DNA of 64,000 nt, from the NCBI GenBank assembly GCA_963815195.1, contig CAWFGE010000006.1, forward strand, positions 128,001 through 192,000, written 5' to 3'. Source of the stretch: an uncultured Planctomycetaceae bacterium (lineage in GTDB: Bacteria; Planctomycetota; Planctomycetia; Planctomycetales; Planctomycetaceae). Positions 43,184 through 53,987 of this stretch are shown piece after piece (position 1 is the stretch's first letter; every line of letters starts with the position of its first letter). Below the pieces are notes generated by a model, which was not told the DNA's origin, made no database searches, and was given only the letters and a program-made list of their open reading frames with translations. The translations under genes were made by a program, and so were the position numbers.

Positions 43184-46100
43184 ATGTTTGAAAAAGTCGC
43201 CGACGCGGATTTTATCCGCGGGGAACATCAGGTCTTAAAATTCTGGGCCGAGCGAAACATCTTCGCGAAGCTCCGCCAAAAAAACGCCGGGAAGCCCAAG
43301 TGGAGTTTCCTCGACGGCCCGATCACCGCGAACAACCCGATGGGCGTCCATCACGCCTGGGGCCGGACTTATAAAGATGCCTTCCAGCGATTTTTCGCGA
43401 TGACGGGGCACGAGCTGCGCTATCAAAACGGCTTCGACTGCCAGGGTTTATGGGTTGAGGTCGAGGTCGAAAAGGAACTGGGCTTCACCACGAAAAATTC
43501 CATCGTCGAGCACGGCATCGACACCTTCGTCAATGCCTGCAAACAGCGGGTGCTCAAATACGCCGCCCGGCAGACCGAGCAATCGATCCGGCTGGGCTTC
43601 TGGATGGATTGGGACCACCCCGATGAACTCCGGAAACTCTCCGAAGCCGTGGGCAGCGACTCTCCGATCTCTTACACCCCCGCAAGCGGCCAGCCCGAAT
43701 CGGGGCCGGCCCATCAGCTGGTGGCCCGGTTGGGCAATCCCAATTGGGGCGGGAGTTATTTCACGTTCTCCACCGAGAACAACGAAACCATCTGGACCTT
43801 CCTCAAAAAGTGTTTCGAGCGCGGCAAGATCTACCGGGGCTACGATGTGATGCCCTGGTCCGGCCGCGGCGGCAGCGCCTACAGCCAAATGGAAGTCGCC
43901 GACGGCCGCAAGCTGACGGTCCACAAATCCGTCTTCGTGCGGTTTCCAATCGTCTCCAAGGCGAGCGGGGGGCGTAAGCCCCCTGGTCATCATGAGAAAG
44001 AAAACGTTCCCGGCAATCAACAGAACCAGGGGGCTGACACGGGCACCGACCGAAGGTTGGTCGGCTCGCCGGAGAACGAATACCTCCTCGTCTGGACCAC
44101 CACGCCTTGGACGTTGACCAGCAACGTGGCGGCGGCGGTCAATCCCGATCTGGATTACGTCAAAGTCCGCACCAACCGCGATAACGCCGTCTATTACTTC
44201 GCCAAGGAAAACCTGGAATACAAGCGCCTGGAGAAAGAGTTCAAAGAAGGTTTCGGCCGCCCCGAATGGCAATGGCCGGATGGCACCCCCAAGCTCAAAA
44301 CCCTCGCTCAAATCTTCAAGGAACAAGGCGGCAGTGTTTCCAAATCTGGGTCGCGCTCGGGATCGAAAGAACAGTCCGCGTCTGGATCAGCTTCAGGGCC
44401 GAAAGAAAGATCCGTGTCTGGCTCTGGTTCAGGGCCGAAAGAAAAATCCGTATCTGGGTCCCGTTCTGGATCGAAATCAGCCTCGATGGGGGAATCGGCA
44501 TTTGTTGTCGAAGCCGAGCTTAAAGGGGCGGAGATGATCGGCTGGCGATATGAAGGACCGTTCGACGAACTGCAAGCGCAGCGGCAACCTGGCGGATGGC
44601 TGGCATTTGAAGAAGGAGACGGTCACGGATTTGGCGAATATGGTACGCCTTGGGGTGACGGATATGGAGGGGGAGACGAATATAATTTCCAATTCTCGTC
44701 GGTAGGGCAACACAGAGTTATTGATGGCGGTCGAGACACAAAAGGGCAATCCTATCGTAACCGCGGGGGAAGGAACCGGGATTGTTCACATCGCACCAGG
44801 TTGCGGTGATATTGACCGAAAACTTGGCGAGGATCAGGATCTGTCCGACAATTGCCCCATTGGGTGAAGACGGACGTTTGGTCGAAGGCTTCGGCGACTT
44901 CACCGGCCGGGAAGCCATCGACCCGGAGACGGCGAATCTCGTGTTTGAAAAACTCCGCGAGAAACATCTGCTCGTGGCGGTCGAGGATTATCCGCACATC
45001 TATCCCCACTGCTGGCGGACCGGGGACGAGTTGGTGTTTCGGCTCGTCGATGAGTGGTTCATCAACATGGACTGGCGGCAGGAGATCATGGAGGTCACGA
45101 AGGCCATCAACTGGAAGCCCGAAAGCATCGACGGCCAGAACCGCGAGATCGAATGGCTCACCAACATGCGGGATTGGATGGTCTCCAAAAAACGCTTCTG
45201 GGGACTGGCGCTGCCGATCTGGGTCAACCCCGACGATCCAACCGACTTTGAAGTCATGGGTTCGCTCGAGGAACTCAAGGAGCGGGCGGTCGAAGGCTGG
45301 GACGAGTTTGAAGGGCAAACGCCGCACCGCCCGTGGATCGACCGCGTAAAGATCAAAAGCGAAAAGACCGGTAGGACGCTCTCGCGGATTCCCGACGTGG
45401 GCAATCCCTGGCTGGATGCGGGCATCGTGCCGTTCTCGACGATGATGTATAACACCAACCCCGAAGAGTGGGCGAACTGGTACCCGGCCGATCTCGTCAC
45501 CGAATGTTTCCCCGGCCAGTTCCGCAACTGGTTCTATTCGATGCTCGCCCTGTCGACGATGATGCTCTACGACGACCCCGAGCGCAAAGACAACATGCAG
45601 CTCAAACGGCCGTTCAAAACGCTATTGGGCCATCGGTTGGTGATGGATGAGAAGGGCCAGCCGATGCACAAGTCCGACGGCACCGCGATCTGGTTCGAGG
45701 AAGCCGCCGAGCAATTGGGCGTCGATACGCTCCGCTGGATGTACCTCGCCCAGAACCCGGCCATCGATCTCAGGTTTGGTTTAAGACACCCCGCAGAACC
45801 CGTCAGGCTCGAAACGCCGGACGGCCCGATCACCGAAACCAAGGAAGGCCTGCCCACGTGCAAAGTCACCAGCGGCCCCGCCGACGAAGTCCGCCGGCAG
45901 ATTTTGATCCCGCTGTGGAACTCGTACTCCTTCTTCGTGAACTACGCCAAGCTCGACAAGTTCGATCCCACGTCGTCGCGGGTTCCGCTTAACGATCGGC
46001 CGGAGATTGACCGCTGGATTCTTTCGAACCTCAACGTGTTGGTCGAAAAATCGCGGACTGCGTTTCGGGAATTTGAAGCGGATAAGGTGTGTGGGGGCAT

Positions 46101-47125
46101 CGCGGATTTCGTGGATGATCTTTCCAACTGGTACATCCGCCGCAATCGCCGGCGGTTCTGGCGGTCGCAGGATGCCAGCGACACCGACAAGCGCGCTGCC
46201 TATCAAACGCTCCACGAAGTCTTGGTGACCCTCACAAAACTCATCGCCCCCTTGGTGCCGTTCGTGGCCGAGCGGATGTATCAAAACCTCGTGAAGAGTT
46301 GGGACCAGTCCGCGGCGGAGAGCGTGCATCTTTGCGATTATCCCGCACCCAACCGCGAGGAGATCAACACCGACCTCAACCTTCGCACCGCGACGGCGCA
46401 AACGGTCGTGAAGATGGCGTTGAAATTGCGGGAAGACAACAGCCTCCGAGTTCGGCAACCGCTCGCGGAGTTGCAATACGCCTGCGATGATCCCGGGCTC
46501 GCCGAGGCCGATCGCCTCGCTGAGCGATGTGATCCAGGATGAGCTCAACGTGAAAACCTTGACCGCCCGCGAGAACCTGGACGACCTCGTGCACTATAAC
46601 TACAAGCCCAATCTCAAAACGCTCGGCCCCAAATACGGGAAGCTGTTGGGGACCATCAAAAAGCATCTGCCCAACATCGACGCGGAAAAACTCGCCCCTT
46701 TGCGAAAGGGCGAGACGGTCACGCTGAACCTGGAAGGCGAGGACATCACGCTGGGGCCGGACGATGTTTTGGCCCAAGTCGAGCAGGCGGCCGATTGGGT
46801 GACGGCGGGCGAACGGGGCATTCAGATTGCGCTCTCCACGATGCTCACGCCGGAGCTCAAGCGGGAAGGCATGGCCCGCGATTTCGTCCGCCAGGTGCAG
46901 CAGTTGCGAAAAGAAGCCGACCTCGAAATCCAAGACCGCATCTGCATCTTTTATGCCTCGAATGATGAAGAACTGAGCGCCGCCATCGCCGAATGGTCGG
47001 ATTACATCCAGAGCGAAACCCTCGCGGACAGCATCGAGCAGCCGGCCGAAGTTCCCGCGGACGCCAAACAGGGATCCGTGGGAAGTTTGAAGATTTATAT
47101 CTGGATCCAAAAATCCCCCGGCTGA
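43184..47125 (+). CDS. ileS: Isoleucyl-tRNA synthetase, type 2; +1 frameshifts near 44745, 44844 and 46508
   Basis: [71 protein letters not shown], IleRS2-type C-terminus ([18 protein letters not shown]). Confidence 0.95.
43960..44070. repeat. REPIN-like palindromic element inside ileS (111 bp, in frame)
   Basis: Ends GGCGAGC/GCTCGCC; arms GTAAGCCCCCTGG/CCAGGGGGCTGAC. Confidence 0.8.
44345..44476 (+). repeat. 36-bp tandem repeat (about 3.7 units) encoding KExS[AV]SGSxSG[PS] inside ileS
   Basis: AAAGAA-initiated units at 44366, 44402 and 44438, plus a partial unit from 44345. Confidence 0.85.
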
Positions 47126-47157
47126 GACACGCTGACTTCAGTCGTTCCAATAATGCG

Positions 47158-47228
47158 AGAGCCGCGCACGAAGTAAGCGGTCTTGCGACTTTTGAATTCC
47201 GCAAACCGCTTACTTCGTGCGCGGCTCT
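47158..47228. repeat. REPIN / long hairpin downstream of ileS
   Basis: Perfect 24-bp IR AGAGCCGCGCACGAAGTAAGCGGT (47158-47181 / 47205-47228). Confidence 0.9.
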
Positions 47229-47335
47229 AAAGACGACTTCTCGGCGGTTATTGCGTTTTCCGGGGAATCGCGGACAATCGATATTGCCGAAGTCAGGTTG
47301 ATCTGTTTCGTCATCTCGCCCAAAGGAGAGAAAGC

Positions 47336-48310
47336 ATGCGGTTTCCAGGGAACTCCAGCGTCTCGAATTGTCGAGGCAAGCGGGCGGCGTTGTTGGCGGG
47401 CGTTGTGTGGATCGGCGGATTGTTGTCGTCCGCCGCCTGGGCGCAGCAGGCCCTGCCGGAGCATTCGCTTTACATCATGGACGCCGACGGCGGCAATCGC
47501 CGGCTGTTGGTTCAGAGGGACGATTTCACCGCGACCGGTTCGCCGAGCTTTTCTCCCGATGGAAAGAAATTGGCCTTCGACGCCTGGCGGTCCAAACAAG
47601 GGGAGAGTTCCTCGAAGGCCCATATTCTGGTCACGAATGCCGACGGCACCGGGCCCCAGGACCTGGGCGACGGGGCGATGCCCAGTTGGTCGGCCGACGG
47701 CAAGCGGATTGTGTTTACGCGGTATTCGCCGAACTCCGGCGTGTGGCTGATGAACGCCGACGGCTCGAAACAGCAATTGATCGACGGGCAGGGCTGGTGC
47801 GGCCAATGGTCGCCCGACGGCAAGAAGATCGCCTACACCAAATATCACCGGGGCGGGGCGAACCTGTGCGTTTTTGATGTGAACTCCAAGGCCCAGACGT
47901 TTTTGTTCGAGTGGGACGAGGACACCGAAGCCTATCGCCAAATCTTTTGGAACTTCTGCTGGTCGCCCGACAGCAAACGGTTGTGCTTCAAGGCGCAGCG
48001 GCAGGATGGAAGCCACGAAGTCGCGGTCGTGAGCGCCCAAGGCCAGGCCGACGGGTTTCATGCGTGCTTTCAGCTGGAAAAACCCGCCGCCGAGGATTTG
48101 GCCTGGCATCCCGACGGCAAAAAGATTCTGGTCTCGATGGACAACACAAAACAGAAAAACACCCGGCAACTGTTTGTGTTCGACCCCGACAAAGACGAAG
48201 CCCCTAAACCGCTCGCCCATCAATCGGACGAGTGGGCCAACCTCAACGGCGCCTGGACGCCCGACGGGAAACGAATCGTTTTTTCAAGCCGCAAATTGGA
48301 TCGGAAGTGA
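47336..48310 (+). CDS. TolB-like PD40 beta-propeller protein
   Basis: Repeated (F/W)SPDGK(K/R)IAF-type motifs; signal peptide. Confidence 0.9.
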   Translation: MRFPGNSSVSNCRGKRAALLAGVVWIGGLLSSAAWAQQALPEHSLYIMDADGGNRRLLVQRDDFTATGSPSFSPDGKKLAFDAWRSKQGESSSKAHILVTNADGTGPQDLGDGAMPSWSADGKRIVFTRYSPNSGVWLMNADGSKQQLIDGQGWCGQWSPDGKKIAYTKYHRGGANLCVFDVNSKAQTFLFEWDEDTEAYRQIFWNFCWSPDSKRLCFKAQRQDGSHEVAVVSAQGQADGFHACFQLEKPAAEDLAWHPDGKKILVSMDNTKQKNTRQLFVFDPDKDEAPKPLAHQSDEWANLNGAWTPDGKRIVFSSRKLDRK

Positions 48311-48328
48311 GCGAAAGGAATTAATTTG

Positions 48329-49042
48329 ATGAAACAGATTGGAACTTCATTGTTGTTGCTTTGCGTGCTAACGCTTTTCGGGCTTGGTTGTGGCCAGAAG
48401 ACTGAGGACGAAGAATCAAATCCCGCAAATGTTGCCTTTATCGATGTGAAGCGAAGCAGTTGGGACAAACTGAAGCAAATCGGCCTCGGGTTTTGGAATT
48501 TTCGCGACTTATATAACGGTTTTCCTCAACCTGGTCGTCATAAAGAACAAGACGTTGCGAAGCTCAGCGGAAAGCTGAGTTGGCGGGTTTGGCTGCTGCC
48601 GGGGCTTGATAATGCGCCGCTTTACGAAGAGTTTGATACGTCCCAAGATTGGGATAGTGAACGTAATCGGAAACTGATCTCGAAAATGCCCATCGTGTAT
48701 AACTCAGTACCTCCCAGAAAAGACGGCAAGACGTCGTTCCACGTTTTCGTGGAGAAGGGTGCGCTCTTGACGGAATATCCCGGCCGTTTCGGTTACGAGG
48801 GGGATCGAGGTAAGATCATCCTGGCCATCGAAGCCGGGCCGGATAAAGCCGTGGAGTGGACCAAGCCCGGTGGGTTGAAGTTTGATCCCAAGAATCCGAA
48901 AGCCTCGCTTGGGAATGTGCCGGATGAATTTCATGCCCTGATGATGGACGGCTCGGTTCGGAAATTGACGAAAGACATCACGAATGAAGAATTGCTGGAG
49001 CTGATAACAGGCGGCGTGCAGCCATCAGATGACACCGAATAA
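48329..49042 (+). CDS. Lipoprotein with a DUF1559-like domain
   Basis: Lipobox GLGC; LKQIGLGF.NF...FP; LSWRVWLLP; WTKP; ALMMDGSVR. Confidence 0.8.
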   Translation: MKQIGTSLLLLCVLTLFGLGCGQKTEDEESNPANVAFIDVKRSSWDKLKQIGLGFWNFRDLYNGFPQPGRHKEQDVAKLSGKLSWRVWLLPGLDNAPLYEEFDTSQDWDSERNRKLISKMPIVYNSVPPRKDGKTSFHVFVEKGALLTEYPGRFGYEGDRGKIILAIEAGPDKAVEWTKPGGLKFDPKNPKASLGNVPDEFHALMMDGSVRKLTKDITNEELLELITGGVQPSDDTE

Positions 49043-49086
49043 ATGGCGCAGGCACGCGTGAACTATTATGAAGTGGTTTTGAAATC

Positions 49087-49866
49087 ATGGACACGGCGAA
49101 TCTTCCCCAGGCGGCGCGGGCGGTGATTAAGTCGGCGGTGCCGTCGGCTTTGCTGCCGTTGACGTTGGCCAGGTCCTGCGTTCGCGAAGACGCCGAGCGT
49201 TCGGGATTCGATGCCGCGGGTTTTCCCGGGCGGGTTGTTTCGGACGTGGACCCAGAGCGGATTGTGCTCAAGCTGGACGTGCTGTCCGTGCTCGTTCCGG
49301 AAGCCGGGGCTTTGGATCTCGTCACTTCGCTCCAGCCGCAGTTAAAGCGGCACAACTGCCAGGCCCTGTTGACCGCGACGGACGCCAAAGAATTTTCGTA
49401 CCTGTTCGGCGAAGGCGTGCTTTCGGGGGAGACCAACTACGACAAGGAATCGCTGATCGTGTTCTTCCAGGCGGATTCGCCCGCGCCGCTGTTGTGGGTT
49501 CGCGGAACAAACGGGGTCAACTACGACTTGGATACCGGAGCGATTTTGAACCGGCTGGAGGACTGGTCCGGGCGCTGCGAGTTTTCCCTTTTGGGGGCCG
49601 GCTTCGATTGGCTGGAGCTGCGGTTCGAGACGCTGCCCGTCAACCTGGAGGAGTTCGCGGAGGAAGTGTACGACTTCTGCCCCGACACGCTGGATCAAGG
49701 CATTGTCCTGCCTCTGCCCGAACACCGCGACACGCTGGATGAGACGGATTTCCAGGCCATGGAAACCCTCGTGGACTGGATGGAAGACGGGGCCGAGGAC
49801 CAATCCACCGACGACCTGGCGAACTACCTCAAACGCGAACGCCGATTGTACCTCTGGTGGGACTAA
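49087..49866 (+). CDS. DUF4253-like protein
   Basis: GTNG.NY; FAEEVYDFCPDTLDQG; C-terminal LWWD. Confidence 0.8.
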   Translation: MDTANLPQAARAVIKSAVPSALLPLTLARSCVREDAERSGFDAAGFPGRVVSDVDPERIVLKLDVLSVLVPEAGALDLVTSLQPQLKRHNCQALLTATDAKEFSYLFGEGVLSGETNYDKESLIVFFQADSPAPLLWVRGTNGVNYDLDTGAILNRLEDWSGRCEFSLLGAGFDWLELRFETLPVNLEEFAEEVYDFCPDTLDQGIVLPLPEHRDTLDETDFQAMETLVDWMEDGAEDQSTDDLANYLKRERRLYLWWD

Positions 49867-50152
49867 CGGTTGCTCGCCGCGTTCTTTGCGATCGGCACGC
49901 GTCGATTCCTTCTGCTCGAACTGCAATCCGCGTGAGGAGGGAAGTTAGAAGATGGAGGATGGCAAAACCTCCTATCTTCCATCCATCAGCGGATGCGATG
50001 TGGACGCCTGTCAGGACTGCCAAATGCGAATTGACCCCCAGGCGGCTTTCTCCTATAGTCTCGCGGCTTGAGTCCTCCTCTCAAATTACCGCTCGGCACC
50101 GATCTCCCAACTTCAACCCGAAAACATCTCTGGAAATCCGCAAAGGAGTGCC

Positions 50153-50749
50153 ATGTCCAGGCGAACTGTCACATGGGTTTTGACCATCCTGGTTGTTCTT
50201 GGCGCAGTGGGCGGCGGGTGGGCTTATTATCATCACCATCGCTACAAGCACGTGGCGGTCCACCAGAAAGGCATGGTCTACCGCAGCGCCTGGGTGGAAC
50301 CCGACGTGATGAGCGAGTTGATCGAAAAGTATCAAATCCGCGCGGTCGTCAATTTGTGCAGGCCCGGCGAAATGGGGGAAGCCCGCTGGGATGCGGAACG
50401 CGCCGCCGTGCGGAACGCGGGAGCGCGTCTGATTGAAGCCTCGATGCCGCTGACCGTCAACGCCGACGACCCGGCCCTCGAGGAGCACATGGCGATTTTG
50501 AGCAATCCCGACAATTATCCCATGCTGGTCCACTGCCAGCACGGCGTGACCCGGACGGCGAAATTCCTGTCGATGTACGACATGGCCTTTCGCGGCGAGA
50601 CGGCGGACCAAAGCCTGAAGGCCCAACCTTTGTTCGGCCGCGAAGATCAAAACGTCAACGTGCGGGCGTTCGCCAAGAACTTCGAAAAAGAGCACAAGAA
50701 GATCTATCCTTATGCATCCGCGGGCAGCCTGAAAGTCCTGCGCCAATAA
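50153..50749 (+). CDS. Membrane-anchored PTP/dual-specificity-family phosphatase
   Basis: N-terminal TM; VYRSA; P-loop VHCQHGVTRT (CX5R). Confidence 0.85.
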   Translation: MSRRTVTWVLTILVVLGAVGGGWAYYHHHRYKHVAVHQKGMVYRSAWVEPDVMSELIEKYQIRAVVNLCRPGEMGEARWDAERAAVRNAGARLIEASMPLTVNADDPALEEHMAILSNPDNYPMLVHCQHGVTRTAKFLSMYDMAFRGETADQSLKAQPLFGREDQNVNVRAFAKNFEKEHKKIYPYASAGSLKVLRQ

Positions 50750-50801
50750 TAGCCGCGCGCGGAAGCACGCCACGGGGACATCCAGGGAGGGAGGATTTGC
50801 C

Positions 50802-51644
50802 ATGAACAGCCGGCCGCTGGTCAGCATTTGCATTCCGCATTGGCAAGTGCGGAAATACATGACGCTGTGTTTGCGGTCCCTCCGCAAGCATTCGCGAAAC
50901 GAAAGCCTCGAAATCCTCGTGGTGGACAACGGCTCCCAGGATGACAGCTTGGATTACCTCAGGTCCCTGGATGGGATCCGCCTCATCGAACGTCCGGACG
51001 AGGTGCACACCAACTGGCCGCTCAACGTGTTTACCGCCTGGGACCGGGGCCTCGAGGAAGCCCGCGGGACGTATTACCTGACGATGCACTCGGACGTGTT
51101 TATTCGCGAAGACGGCTGGCTCGCGCCCTTTCTTCGGGAAATCGAAAAAAGCGAAAAGATCGCGGCATCGGGCGCGTGGAAACTGGAGCTCGAGCACCCG
51201 CTGTATCTTTGGCAAAAACGCATCGTCGGCTATCTGGCCAACCAGGCAAAAGCCCTCGCCGGGCGGAAGAAACGCGAGGCTTGGAAAAAAGCCCATTATC
51301 CCCGCGATTATTGTGCCCTGTATCGCGCGGACGTGATTCGCAAGCACAACCTCACGTTCTGCCCCGTCAACGGCTGCGGAGGCGGCGGATATTCCATCGC
51401 CCGCCAGCTTTGGGACCGGGGCTACGAAATGGGAATGATCCCCGTCCCCGAGCTGGCCCAAAAGGTCTTCCACGTGGCCCACGGCACCGCGGCTTTGGTT
51501 CCGGAAAAATCGCTCAATCACCGCCGCGCTCAGAAGAAGGTGGAAGACAAAGTGGACGACTTGTTTTCCCAGGATTGGATCCTGGCCCTGGAAGCGGACC
51601 ATTCGCTCGACCACTCTGCTGACGAAAGTTCCTTCGCCGCATGA
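50802..51644 (+). CDS. Glycosyltransferase family 2
   Basis: PLVSICIP, LVVDNGSQD, TMHSDV. Confidence 0.9.
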   Translation: MNSRPLVSICIPHWQVRKYMTLCLRSLRKHSRNESLEILVVDNGSQDDSLDYLRSLDGIRLIERPDEVHTNWPLNVFTAWDRGLEEARGTYYLTMHSDVFIREDGWLAPFLREIEKSEKIAASGAWKLELEHPLYLWQKRIVGYLANQAKALAGRKKREAWKKAHYPRDYCALYRADVIRKHNLTFCPVNGCGGGGYSIARQLWDRGYEMGMIPVPELAQKVFHVAHGTAALVPEKSLNHRRAQKKVEDKVDDLFSQDWILALEADHSLDHSADESSFAA

Positions 51645-52520
51645 TGCCCATTTCCGTTCCCCTCGCCCTTCGCGCTGCCAAGGAACTTCCAGGCTGGCTG
51701 GCCGGCTGGAATCCCCCCGGCGTCCGCGCGGTTCGGGTCCGAAGCGGCCCGCCGCTTGCTGATGCGAAACGCGCTGGACGACCTCGACCGCGTTTTCGAT
51801 TTGGGGGATCGCTGCGTTCACGAACGCCGCGGCCGGGCGGTGACGCGGATCAAACTCGGCCAAGCCGACGGCAAAACGATCACCGCCTTCATCAAACTGT
51901 ATTGGGGACGCCGGCGTTTGATACCGCGCTGGACCGACATGCGGCGCGGGCAGGCGTTTCAAAGCCTTCCCGTCCGCGAATGGGAAGGCCTGAAGCTGTT
52001 CCAATCCTTGGGCCTCTTAGTGCCCGAACGCCTGGCCCTGTTGCAGCGCGGATGGTTCTGGTTTCAAGAAGCCGTCATCGTCCGCCGAGTTCCTCCGCCG
52101 TATTCCCTGGATGAGATGCTCCGCAACGGCGATTGGAGACGGTTAAAGAACGAGGACAAACGAAGCCTTGCGGAATCCGTCATGGAGGTAATGCACCGCA
52201 TTCACCAGGCCGGCCTGGGATGGCGGGGCACCTGCACCCGGCATATTTTTCCGGAGCGAACGCCGGACGGGCCCTGGCAGCTTTGGCTGATCGATTGCGA
52301 AGGCGTGCACCGCCAGGCGACGATGCGGTCCATGCTCCGCGACTACCGGAAGCTGCACCGCTCCCTGGAGATTTCCGGAGCGAATCGGACGACGCGGGAG
52401 CTGTTTCAAAGGCTGACCAAGGCCGCACTCGAGTCCGGCCCCGCCGCGCACGATCGCAGACTTTCCGGCGGATTTTCCGTAAATCTCGACTTGGAACCGC
52501 GATTCAAGCTTACCACGTAA
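51641..52520 (+). CDS. WaaP/InaA/Kdo-kinase-like protein; probable frameshift near 51733 or a later start at 51756
   Basis: FIKLY, REWEGL...GLLVPE, IHQAGL, WLIDCE; ATG overlaps the GT2 stop. Confidence 0.7.
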
Positions 52521-52525
52521 CGCGG

Positions 52526-52798
52526 TCAGAAAATCCACAAGCCGACGTACCAATCGAACCATCGGCAAATCGCGTCGTTCTCGCAGGCGACGGCGATCGG
52601 GTAATACAAGTACCACAGGAATTGCGAGCCCCCCAAGCGATACGACTCATAGATCGCCCAATACATGGGACCGGTCGAAAGCACGTACAGCATCAGCACA
52701 ACCGATACGCGAATATAGATTCGCAGAAAATGATTGAGCGAGTAAGACGTGGCGTGGGCCGACAACGCATTGCCGGGTTGCGATTCTGTCGTGGTCAT
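52526..52798 (-). CDS. Small membrane hypothetical protein
   Basis: LYVLSTGP...YYPI...WYVGLW. Confidence 0.7.
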   Translation of the reverse strand: MTTTESQPGNALSAHATSYSLNHFLRIYIRVSVVLMLYVLSTGPMYWAIYESYRLGGSQFLWYLYYPIAVACENDAICRWFDWYVGLWIF

Positions 52799-52973
52799 CC
52801 CAAGCAGGCATCCACCAAGAGGGTTTTTGAGAATCCATTTCGAGAAAGCAAAACAACACGCGGAATTTGGGTGGTGCACTTTCTCTTTTTTTAGGATAAC
52901 CCGCTGAGCGTCGATTGGTCAATTACCGTTCTCGGAATGCCGGTATTTTGTCGCTGAAAACCGCCGGGGCTTC

Positions 52974-53987
52974 TCATAATAACCCGTGTTCGCGAAACCA
53001 ATCCATCGTCTGGGCCATGCCTTGCTGAAAATCGATTTGGGGATCGTATCCCAATTCCCGCCGGGCTTTTCCGACGGAAAAATCGAGGTTCAGGCCCAGA
53101 AACTTGAGCCGGGCCTTCGACAACAGCGGGGCCTCTTTCTTGCCGAGCATCTTCCAAGTCCCCTCCATGACTTTCGCCAGCACGCGGGCCACGGGCAGCG
53201 GCACGTGTTTGGTCGGCACGGGATAGCCCGCCGCCTTCGCGATCGCATGGATGAATTCCGTTTTGGAAACCAATCGCCCGTCGGTGATATTAAAAATCCC
53301 GCCCACGCAATCGTCGCGCTCGACGGACAGAAACACGGCGTCCACGAGATTCCCCACGAACGTGTTGTTCATGAGGTTCTCGCCCGAACCCAAAAACGCA
53401 AACTGCTTCGACTTCAAGCGCTCGAAAATCCGAGGGAGCACCGTGCGGTCGCGCGGTCCATAGATAAAGCCCGGCCGCAGAATCGTCGCGGGGAGTTGAT
53501 TGCTTTCGATGTGCTCTCGCACCAGGAGCTCGGCCTCGACCTTCGTCAAAGTGTAGCCGTCGATCCCGGCCGTGCTCACGGGCGTCGATTCCTCCGTCCC
53601 GAAATGGTCCCGCGCGGGATAAACTCCCAACGAGCTGATGTGGACGAACCGTTTCAGCACGCCGGCAGCTTCCGCGGCCGAGAGCAAACTCTCCAGGCCA
53701 CGCACATTGATCTCGCGGTACGCTTCCACCGGTCCCCAATCCCCGACCTTCGCCGCACAGTGCACAATGATCGTCGCATTTTGAACGGCCTTTTGCAGCG
53801 ATCCCGCATCCGCCAAATCGCCGTGAGCGATCTCGGCGCCCCAGGATTCCAACAGTCCGGAATCGCTCGCGGGCCGAACCAAGGCGCGGGTTCGAATCCC
53901 CCGCCGAGCGGCGGCTTCGAGGACATGGCTCCCCACCAATCCCGTCCCGCCGGTGACTAATATCAAGTCGTCAGGTTCGATCTTCAT
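52974..53987 (-). CDS. NAD-dependent epimerase/dehydratase (extended SDR, 3-beta-HSD-like)
   Basis: TGGTGLVG, HISS, YTLTK, RPGFIYGPRD. Confidence 0.9.
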   Translation of the reverse strand: MKIEPDDLILVTGGTGLVGSHVLEAAARRGIRTRALVRPASDSGLLESWGAEIAHGDLADAGSLQKAVQNATIIVHCAAKVGDWGPVEAYREINVRGLESLLSAAEAAGVLKRFVHISSLGVYPARDHFGTEESTPVSTAGIDGYTLTKVEAELLVREHIESNQLPATILRPGFIYGPRDRTVLPRIFERLKSKQFAFLGSGENLMNNTFVGNLVDAVFLSVERDDCVGGIFNITDGRLVSKTEFIHAIAKAAGYPVPTKHVPLPVARVLAKVMEGTWKMLGKKEAPLLSKARLKFLGLNLDFSVGKARRELGYDPQIDFQQGMAQTMDWFREHGLL

